From: a virus
Lineage: Duplodnaviria > Caudoviricetes
Virus record (IMG/VR): IMGVR_UViG_3300011423_000138
Coordinates: 1-24,723 of that record
Length of the DNA: 24,723 bases
Direction: 5' to 3' (one strand)
Made by a program: the position numbers and the translations under genes
Shown here: positions 18,444 to 24,723 of the stretch, piece after piece
Layout: each line of letters starts with the position of its first letter
Position numbering within the stretch: the stretch's first letter is position 1
Notes under the pieces: model-generated
The model's database searches: none
Told to the model about the DNA's origin: nothing
What the model saw: the letters and a program-made list of their open reading frames with translations, nothing else

Positions 18444-19539
18444 TTTTTCTGTATAAGTGGTTATATAAAGCTAATGTCGCAGGACTGAGCGTCTGCTTTA
18501 TGTTGCCCTCGCTTCCTGGCAATTCAACTAATCCATCCAGATATCCAAGTCCGGCATTAAGAGTTGGTATCAGATTCTCATATCCGCCCATCTGATTCTC
18601 CGAAGCTGTTTGGTTGTAAATTCTGCTACCGTATTTTAACTTCATGTAAATATAGTGCATCTGAAGTTGCCACATTCTGCCAGTAACAGGAATCCAGTGC
18701 TGTCCATTCTCGCTTTCTGGAACTCTTAAGCCATTGTTTCCCAAGACGCATCTGCTACGATACTTTTCTGCCATATAGTTACCAATCTCGTATGAAGTTT
18801 CATTCTCGTGAAAAGTTGGGTCTACCATGTGCTGATACTCTGTGAGTGGAATCCCTATGTTGGTACGAGCAAAGCAATCCATAATGTCTATACTGCGATA
18901 TATAGCGGCGAGTATGTTTTCTGAAGTTGCGCCTGCTGTAATGTACTGACGAAGTCTGGTCTGCGAGTCTCCACTATTACCTATACCAAAAATCATAGGC
19001 TCTCCAGTACCTGGCGCGGTAGCCGTTACCGTAACCTCACTCAATAGAGGCTCGTCGTCAAACTCTGCCGAGATTGCTTGCATGAGTTGCTCCCAATAAT
19101 CCAAGTACATTGAAGTCCAGAACATTGGGCAATAATCAGAAGCGTGCTCAAAACCAGGAGTAGTCTCATATCCGCCTTTTTCTAACGGGAATTTCCCTAC
19201 TGCGGTCATCAACCAATCTGGAGCAAAAGCGCCTGGAACAATACGAATCTTGAAGTGAGGAATGATGCCATGCTGAGCCTGCATCTTCCTTCCCCAAGCA
19301 AACATATCACGAAAGATACCGAACTCAAATCTGTTTTCGGCAACCCAAATATGCTTCATGTAAACTCTGATAACAATACTATTGACATGGCGGTAAAAGT
19401 TCAAGTCTGGGTTGTCCATGTTCTGCATCCACTCGTGTTGTCTTAAACAAAGTCCCTGAAGCGGAGGTTTTGCGTTACTCGGAGGTGTCGGCTCTTCAGG
19501 ACACCCTATGCGAAGTTCTATAATTTGTCTTGGTATCAT
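18430..19539 (-). CDS. Glycoside hydrolase-like TIM-barrel protein (clan GH-A, GH42-like)
   Basis: Pattern IVIRV..K.IW..E.RFEF, IRIVPG..APDWL, P.FW...Y...W......I...FD..P.L..V.V.......GEP resembles GH42-type N-terminal barrels. Pro-rich linker near the N-terminus. Confidence 0.55.
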   Translation of the reverse strand: MIPRQIIELRIGCPEEPTPPSNAKPPLQGLCLRQHEWMQNMDNPDLNFYRHVNSIVIRVYMKHIWVAENRFEFGIFRDMFAWGRKMQAQHGIIPHFKIRIVPGAFAPDWLMTAVGKFPLEKGGYETTPGFEHASDYCPMFWTSMYLDYWEQLMQAISAEFDDEPLLSEVTVTATAPGTGEPMIFGIGNSGDSQTRLRQYITAGATSENILAAIYRSIDIMDCFARTNIGIPLTEYQHMVDPTFHENETSYEIGNYMAEKYRSRCVLGNNGLRVPESENGQHWIPVTGRMWQLQMHYIYMKLKYGSRIYNQTASENQMGGYENLIPTLNAGLGYLDGLVELPGSEGNIKQTLSPATLALYNHLYRKNEPN

Positions 19540-19687
19540 AGTTTAAATTTAACAGCATTTCCACAAAAAGAAAAATGTTCGGTCTGGCTAAGGGAATGTT
19601 TTCAACTAATCCGCTGCTGCCTCATAGTTCCTTTCGCTCTTCGACGAACATTTTGAATCTTTCTTCATATGCTTAGGTTTTAATTTA

Positions 19688-20806
19688 TTACGTTCTGTAA
19701 TAGTGGGTGTATGCTCCATACCTTATCGCATCTAACAGGTGATTGTGTCCATCTAACGGCTTGTTAGTAGGATTGCCCATCTCGTCAACCACCCAAATGT
19801 ACTTACTCAATTCGTCTTTTATATCCCTGCCCTGATAATACACATTGTACTCTTTGAGTTTTTCAATCCCAGCCTTAACCGACCCATCTCCTTTCTTTGC
19901 GGCAACAGCTCTCACATCGAGTTGCTTGAGTTGTTTAATCATGTGAGGGTCGTGCTCGCAGTAAACTACACTGTTGTCATCGTACCCATTCGCTACGAGT
20001 AACTCGGTAATCCTTTTAGCCGTCATCGCGCCAGTCTTGTAAGCTAACTCTTCGACATATAAATCGCAATGCTTCTTCAGCTCCATCTTCACTATCGCGG
20101 TAGGGTCATTCGTATAGCCAAAGTCCATAGCGAAGAACGGCTCTTCGAATGGCAGCTCACTTGCTACTTCCCAATCAGGGAAGATTAAACCTACTACATT
20201 TCCGGTTATCCCTCTCGCGTAAACCTTCCACAGCTCTGGATCTTTGATTCCCTCGATATCTGCGTGCTGCCGATCACTAAGAAAGGGGTTGTGTTCATGC
20301 CAAGACCTAAAAAACACAGTGCCTGGTTCGTCTTTCACTTTTTCGTGCGCCCAGAACTTGATAGTAGGGTTGTAGTCAATAATGCTCGTTTCCGACCTCG
20401 AATCTAACTGCCACCACGTCATGTAGTCAAAGGTATTAGCTTCGTTGATAAACAGAATATCCCTCTTAGGACCTCGCGCATCAAACTCCGTCTCGTAGGT
20501 TTTAAACTCCAGAACAGAACCCGAATTAAACAGTGTAACGTGATCACTCTTGCGGTGCTGCTTGATCGCTCCCGAAAACGTAGGCAACACATATCTCTCG
20601 AAATCCCGCATTGCACCTGCTCTCAGGTGCGGGAATGATTTAGAAGTTACTGTGATCGTTTTTACCTGCTCAGAAGCTATCACCGCGAGTGCGCCTAATA
20701 TATTCACCGTCTTGCCGCTGTACTGACCACCCTGATGAATGATGCGTCTCGCGTTTTTTGATCTTACTAGATCGAGAGTTTCTTCGAAAATCACCGATGT
20801 TTTCAT
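19688..20806 (-). CDS. terL: Terminase large subunit (PBSX/SPP1-like)
   Basis: Walker A QGGQYSGKT, Walker B ILFINEA, DYNP, nuclease DFGYTNDPT and D..NH..DA.RY. Likely start MKTS at 20806. Confidence 0.95.
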   Translation of the reverse strand: MKTSVIFEETLDLVRSKNARRIIHQGGQYSGKTVNILGALAVIASEQVKTITVTSKSFPHLRAGAMRDFERYVLPTFSGAIKQHRKSDHVTLFNSGSVLEFKTYETEFDARGPKRDILFINEANTFDYMTWWQLDSRSETSIIDYNPTIKFWAHEKVKDEPGTVFFRSWHEHNPFLSDRQHADIEGIKDPELWKVYARGITGNVVGLIFPDWEVASELPFEEPFFAMDFGYTNDPTAIVKMELKKHCDLYVEELAYKTGAMTAKRITELLVANGYDDNSVVYCEHDPHMIKQLKQLDVRAVAAKKGDGSVKAGIEKLKEYNVYYQGRDIKDELSKYIWVVDEMGNPTNKPLDGHNHLLDAIRYGAYTHYYRT

Positions 20807-20808
20807 AT

Positions 20809-20840
20809 CAAAGATATAACGAATAAATGAGATAACCAAA
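20809..20840 (-). promoter_or_regulatory. Bacteroidota-type housekeeping promoter for terL
   Basis: TTTG (20840-20837), 20 nt spacer, TATCTTTG (20816-20809), matching the -33/-7 consensus; only 2 nt before the ATG. Confidence 0.65.
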
Positions 20841-20950
20841 TAAAGTTTTCAACAGGTCGAAAGTTGAGGAAACAACTGTGGGGGGAACAAGGGCGACAGC
20901 AAAAATTTTAACTTTTTTTTAACAAGTTAAAATTAACTTAAACTTTAGTT

Positions 20951-20982
20951 AAAAAGCTAAGCTGCCGATTTGACAGCTTAGC
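20951..20982 (-). terminator. Intrinsic terminator closing the island transcription unit
   Basis: GCTAAGCTG-N9-CAGCTTAGC then TTTTT on the minus strand, 8 nt after the stop of the 276 aa gene. Confidence 0.8.
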
Positions 20983-20990
20983 GTTAAGCG

Positions 20991-21821
20991 TTAAGCGCTC
21001 AGCTTATAGCTCCCATCAGCTTGCTTAATGAATCCGTTGTCGCTGATAACGGTACGGGCTGTACCATTAAGCGTGCTATAATCATATGAATTCGACTCCT
21101 TTTTATAAGTCGGATATTTAGCAAGCATTTGCTCAAACGTTAAGCCAGCTATTAAATCAGCGTATATTTCAAAGCGCTTGCTGCCAACTTTTTCCGGGTT
21201 GCTGCCATCGCTAAGCTGAGCGGCTAAGCTTTGAGCGCCCGATGTTTGAGCGGCTAAGCTTTTGCCCGTTACACCAGCTTTAATATGTAAAGCTGGTTTA
21301 CCAAACAATTGCAAAAATGAGCTTTTGAGCGTATCCGTTGGCAGCTTAGCGGCTTCAATTAAAGCGTTAAGCTTGTCCATGCTTAATTCAAGCTTATCAC
21401 ATAAATCATATTTAGCTGTATTCAAGCTCATTTCAAGCTCCCGGCTTAAATCCAGCTCAGCAAGCTTTTTATCAAAAGCTTCAAGCTCAGCGCTCGCTAT
21501 CGTAACAGCTTGTACGGTAGCTATAACAGCAGCATTTTTGTAATCAAATTTCGCAGCAAGCATAGCTTCCGTATGAGCTTTATGAGCTTCGAAAAGCTTA
21601 GCTTCAAGCTCAGCTTTTATAGCTTCATTAGCTTCATTTTCAACTTTTTGAGCTTCCAATATCGGGAGCATAAAAGCGGGGATAACTTTTTCAGCTTCCG
21701 GCTGAGCTTCCGGCTGAGCTTCGCCGCTCCCGTTCGTAGCTTGCGGCTCGTTAGCTGGTAAATTTGTTTCGTTCGTTGTTTGCTCATTTGTTGGCTGAGC
21801 TACCGTTTTAACATTTGCCAT
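20991..21821 (-). CDS. Hypothetical 276 aa protein (disordered N-terminus, Ala/Glu/Lys/Leu helical core, small C-terminal domain)
   Basis: Long ORF with an A-rich leader (TTTAAAAATTATG), its own -7 box and terminator. No family recognised. Confidence 0.85.
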   Translation of the reverse strand: MANVKTVAQPTNEQTTNETNLPANEPQATNGSGEAQPEAQPEAEKVIPAFMLPILEAQKVENEANEAIKAELEAKLFEAHKAHTEAMLAAKFDYKNAAVIATVQAVTIASAELEAFDKKLAELDLSRELEMSLNTAKYDLCDKLELSMDKLNALIEAAKLPTDTLKSSFLQLFGKPALHIKAGVTGKSLAAQTSGAQSLAAQLSDGSNPEKVGSKRFEIYADLIAGLTFEQMLAKYPTYKKESNSYDYSTLNGTARTVISDNGFIKQADGSYKLSA

Positions 21822-21854
21822 AATTTTTAAATTTGATCGTTTAATAATGAGCTA

Positions 21855-21900
21855 CAAATGTAGCTATTTTGTTTTGAATAAAAAAGTTAAAATTTGTTAA
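21855..21900 (-). promoter_or_regulatory. Putative promoter of the 276 aa gene
   Basis: TACATTTG -7 box (21862-21855) inside the inverted repeat AGCTACA-aa-TGTAGCT; upstream TTAAC-N5-TTAAC; no clear TTTG at -33. Confidence 0.6.
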
Positions 21901-21915
21901 CAATTGAATTAAGCT

Positions 21916-21993
21916 TTAAGCTTTGTAAAAGCTCAACTTTTGCAGCATTACACAAGCTATATTTTCACGCTCATAATTTGTGTTTTTTGCCAT
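21916..21993 (-). CDS. Possible 25 aa peptide
   Basis: MAKNTNYERENIACVMLQKLSFYKA*, A-rich leader, 10 nt after the preceding stop. Confidence 0.35.
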   Translation of the reverse strand: MAKNTNYERENIACVMLQKLSFYKA

Positions 21994-22003
21994 GTTTTTT
22001 TGT

Positions 22004-22177
22004 TTAAATATTTGACGTTAATATAATACGCTTAGCTTTAAGCTTAGCGCTTTTTTTGTTTGCTATATGCTGAGCTTTGCGCTCGTTTATTTGCTTGCTT
22101 ATTATTGCTATAAAGCCAGCTATAAAAGCTGAGCTTAAAGCAAATGCAATAATATCGGTAATTAATTGAGCGCTCAT
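22004..22177 (-). CDS. Small membrane protein (57 aa, one TM helix plus basic tail)
   Basis: Not in the ORF track. MSAQLITDIIAFALSSAFIAGFIAIISKQINERKAQHIANKKSAKLKAKRIILTSNI*, starting 1 nt after the upstream stop. Confidence 0.65.
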   Translation of the reverse strand: MSAQLITDIIAFALSSAFIAGFIAIISKQINERKAQHIANKKSAKLKAKRIILTSNI

Positions 22178-22178
22178 T

Positions 22179-22376
22179 TTAAAAGTTTTTTATATCGGTG
22201 ATCAAATTTTTTATAGCTACATAGCTAAGCGCTAAGCTATTAAATAAGCCAATAACAACGTACGTGTAAAGCTCATAATTAATACATTCGTAGCTGAGCT
22301 TATAGCTTATAGCTATTATTCCGATAAACGGAATATAAGCTACGAACGGGAGCAATTTTTTAAGCATTTTTTTCAT
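22179..22376 (-). CDS. Small membrane protein (65 aa, two hydrophobic segments)
   Basis: Likely start MKKMLKK at 22376; hydrophobic segments LLPFVAYIPFIGIIAI and YVVIGLFNSLALSYVAI. Confidence 0.65.
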   Translation of the reverse strand: MKKMLKKLLPFVAYIPFIGIIAISYKLSYECINYELYTYVVIGLFNSLALSYVAIKNLITDIKNF

Positions 22377-22400
22377 GTGTGTATTTTTAAATTTGAAACA

Positions 22401-22435
22401 CAAAGCTAAGCAGCCAATCGTTAACGAGATGTTAA
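22401..22435 (-). promoter_or_regulatory. Putative promoter of the small-membrane-protein operon
   Basis: TAGCTTTG -7 box (22408-22401) with upstream TTAAC-N6-TTAAC (22435-22420). Confidence 0.55.
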
Positions 22436-23170
22436 AGCCACATATATTTGTTTCTATAATATATGCTCAGCTTTGAGCTATCGGCTAAGCTCAATATATA
22501 AATAACCGAGCGCGCGCGTATAAGCTTTTAAGCTCAAATGAGCAAAAATTCGAGCTTAAAATGAGCTTAACTTTTGGACCGAAACCTTAAAACGGGCTTA
22601 ACAGCAAGCTCAGCTTATAGCGGTATCAAAAGTTAGCTGAGCGGCTTAAATGAGCTAAAAATGCCCATTTTGACGTTAATTAAATTTAACTTAAAGCCAG
22701 CCGGTAAATTTCATTTAACATAATATACATTATAAGCTTTTTGCTCATTTTTGAGCTTTAAGCCGCTGAAAGTCAAGCTGTTAGCTACTTAACATAATTC
22801 GTTTTTATTGGACACCTTAAAATCCGCTTAATTAACATATCGTTAACATTTTATTCCAAAAATTTTTTGTACCTTGCCTATAATTTTTGCCATGCTCAAA
22901 TTCTTAGCATTTAGCTAAAATATTTGGTATGTTAAAGCTAAGCAATTTAGCCAAAAAACAGCCCGCTCAGCTCATATAATAAAATATTCTAATGTATATT
23001 GGAAGCATGGTTTAAGCTCAAATTTTGCTCAAAGCTCAGCTTAAAGCACATATATAAATAATCTAAATATGAAGCCGCTCCCGCTCATTAAGCTGTCATT
23101 CTGTCAGGTATGCTTAGCCAGCTATTGGCTTAAAGCAGCTACCATGCTAAGCCAGCTATTAGGCATTGCA

Positions 23171-23254
23171 CAGTACCAGTGGATGCCTAGTACTAGGCGA
23201 GACCCAGTACCAGGTCAAGCCAAGATCCATGCCAAACCTAGATCTAGGTGAGAC
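23171..23254. repeat. Twin 14 bp perfect palindromes, each followed by GAGAC
   Basis: GCCTAGTACTAGGC (23185-23198) and ACCTAGATCTAGGT (23236-23249). The first is flanked by the direct repeat CAGTACCAG (23171-23179, 23205-23213). Confidence 0.9.
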
Positions 23255-23339
23255 ACACATCCGCCGAAATTTCCAGATTTACCTTTCGGGTTTTTACTTC
23301 TGAGATTTCCACAAAAAGAAAAATGCCAAAAGTCGTTTT

Positions 23340-23822
23340 CTAAATAGTCGTTTCTGATTTCTCGAATTCCGAATTTGAGAGTTTCGGCATATCGTCTGGC
23401 TTGATCACCTCTATGTGCACAGTTGTAGCTCCATTTCCGCCATCAACATCTCTTCCAAGATCAAGCTTCCTGATACTCATGTTCGCGTTGAAGATTCCGA
23501 CCATTGCGTACTCAAAGTTCTGCGCGTAGATCACCTGCAATATCTTCTGGGCAACCAGGTGGTAATCTCCAGCAGCTGAGTTCCTGGCAATGTCATTAAT
23601 GTACTGAACTGTGATACCGCAGTGCAGACATAGCGCAGGTAGATTAAACGGTCTCGGGTACTGCGTAGCAACAACTGCACCAGTCTGCTTGATTACCTCT
23701 TCCTTGTAGATCGGATTAGCCTCGCACCACATGAAGTACTCGAGAGCGTCATTCCATAAATCTTCTGGGCGATTCCCTGAGGATCTCGCCTTCACCATCC
23801 AGTGATTAACTGTGTTGTCCAT
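23340..23822 (-). CDS. terS: Terminase small subunit (P22 gp3-like DNA packaging protein)
   Basis: PEDLW..A.EYF.WCE.NP, RPF....LCL.CGI, A.VG.FNAN...R.L.L motifs. Confidence 0.88.
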   Translation of the reverse strand: MDNTVNHWMVKARSSGNRPEDLWNDALEYFMWCEANPIYKEEVIKQTGAVVATQYPRPFNLPALCLHCGITVQYINDIARNSAAGDYHLVAQKILQVIYAQNFEYAMVGIFNANMSIRKLDLGRDVDGGNGATTVHIEVIKPDDMPKLSNSEFEKSETTI

Positions 23823-24168
23823 AGTAGGTGTTTATTAGGTTCTGAAAATCATCCAATGTTCTTACGATAGCAAAGTGCCATCCGCACTCCATTCCGAGTT
23901 TAGCAAACTCCTCCTGTTCGGCGCTCAATTTGCCGTTGCCGACCTTGAACTCAATCCATACGATAGGCTTACGTATAAGAAACGCATCCCAAGTACCCTT
24001 GACGATGCCAGTGGTCTTATTGAGTGCGCCCATCCTCATGCCCATCACTCCCTTCATATCGGTTTCATTCTTTACTCTTCGGAACTTTCCGCGATGATCT
24101 CGCATGGTGTTCTGAAACCAGATAGTGCATTCTGCTTGGAGCTGAATCTCGCTTATTTGCTTCTCCAT
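23806..24168 (-). CDS. VRR-NUC domain nuclease
   Basis: E..LQ..C..WF, G...G..D, IEFK...GKLS.EQ..F motifs (PD-(D/E)XK). Confidence 0.88.
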   Translation of the reverse strand: MEKQISEIQLQAECTIWFQNTMRDHRGKFRRVKNETDMKGVMGMRMGALNKTTGIVKGTWDAFLIRKPIVWIEFKVGNGKLSAEQEEFAKLGMECGWHFAIVRTLDDFQNLINTYYGQHS

Positions 24169-24347
24169 ATTACTGCGTATTTGTTTATTAGATCCTGTGA
24201 TACCTTAAAGCGCCTTCTTGTGTTGATTTTATTCAGTTTCTCGATTATTTCTGTTGATTCCTCCAAAGAAATTGTGTATTTCTCCCCAATTTCTGCGAAA
24301 TATAGAAGCTTCTCGAGTATAGATTTAACATCTGTAGTATGTTTCAT
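24153..24347 (-). CDS. Hypothetical protein (64 aa)
   Basis: Co-oriented ORF overlapping the VRR-NUC start. Confidence 0.5.
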   Translation of the reverse strand: MKHTTDVKSILEKLLYFAEIGEKYTISLEESTEIIEKLNKINTRRRFKVSQDLINKYAVIWRSK

Positions 24348-24704
24348 GTAACGTATTGATTATCAATGAGATATAAATATTACGTCGTTTTTTAGCGTCT
24401 TACATATAACACATTGATTCTCAATAATTTGCAAATATTGGGCATTTCTGAAAGTTGTGGGTTAATTTTACAGCTACTTTTGACGCAACTCGCTGATTAT
24501 CAATGCTTTAGATGAAAAGGTTGTGGGTTGTTCCTAATTATTTATTATAGCGCTGCTGTATATATACATAATAACACATAGTATATTCTAATATATGTAG
24601 TATCTATTAGAAATCTCATATTTTTGGGTTTAATGCTTGCTATATATAATATTACATACAACCCTAAACTTTTACACCTAACACAATGAGTATCAATACG
24701 TTAC
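24348..24704. repeat. Four copies of a quasi-palindromic motif AAC-N4-TGAKTMTCAAT in an AT-rich non-coding region
   Basis: Copies start at 24348, 24406, 24485 and 24678. The outer two form a perfect 13 bp inverted repeat (GTAACGTATTGAT / ATCAATACGTTAC). Confidence 0.8.
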
Positions 24705-24723
24705 GAATTTTTGGTATGAAAAA

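Larger units (their letters stand above)
20895..23160. other. AGCT-saturated, AGA/AGG-depleted island between terL and terS
   Basis: About 88 AGCT by hand count in 20950-23160; no AGA or TCT seen in 20833-22426; sharp edges. Confidence 0.92.
3177..23325 (-). repeat. Dispersed co-oriented motif CCACAAAA(A)GAAAAA (plus-strand reading)
   Basis: CCAC starts at 3182, 11128, 15250, 18183, 19561 and 23309, with a weaker copy at 7188. Two pairs are identical over 21 bp. Confidence 0.85.
1..24723 (-). mobile_element. Tailed (siphovirus-like, HK97-fold) phage packaging/head/tail module, probably Bacteroidota-infecting
   Basis: Co-oriented terS, terL, portal, protease, capsid, tail, tape measure and fibre genes in canonical order. 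No host genes or att site visible, so free phage versus prophage cannot be decided. Confidence 0.95.

Noticed and set aside
19572-19668. 10 bp inverted repeat (AAAATGTTCG/CGAACATTTT) and a 20 aa ORF after terL
   Set aside because: Long spacer, no U-tract and too short to distinguish from chance.
20895-23160. Island as an IS/transposon, tandem satellite or intron
   Set aside because: No transposase, homing nuclease, terminal inverted repeats or periodic unit. AGCT sites are aperiodic and embedded in intact ORFs. An assembly chimera cannot be excluded without reads.
23069-23251. 60 aa plus-strand ORF across the palindromes
   Set aside because: It straddles the compositional boundary and has no protein-like features; the DNA symmetry explains the sequence better.
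1359-24351. Plus-strand ORFs in the track (e.g. 1359..1730, 11991..12500, 21262..21543, 23875..24351)
   Set aside because: They are antisense shadows of well-supported minus-strand genes and have no recognisable motifs.

Overview
A tailed dsDNA phage (or prophage) virion-morphogenesis region, with all confidently called genes on the minus strand. The host is probably Bacteroidota, inferred from TAnnTTTG promoter boxes, AT-rich non-Shine-Dalgarno leaders and an AxA|Q-type signal peptide. In transcription order: VRR-NUC nuclease, terminase small subunit, a ~2.3 kb island, PBSX-type terminase large subunit, a glycoside-hydrolase-like gene, portal, three cassette-like mini-genes, HK97 prohead protease and major capsid, head-tail and tail genes, tape measure, an Ig-domain-containing tail tip protein, and fibre/depolymerase genes including a PL6 lyase with a signal peptide. 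The stand-out is the island between terS and terL. It has about 88 AGCT sites (hand count), no AGA/TCT for ~1.6 kb and almost no AGG/CCT, a constraint strong enough to shape its protein sequences. It has its own promoters and terminator, a twin-palindrome element at one edge and GATC clusters on both flanks, although GATC is avoided elsewhere. It may be a specially coded terminal or first-injected region. A co-oriented CCACAAAAGAAAAA motif also recurs at roughly 4 kb intervals. All counts are by eye and no database searches were run.
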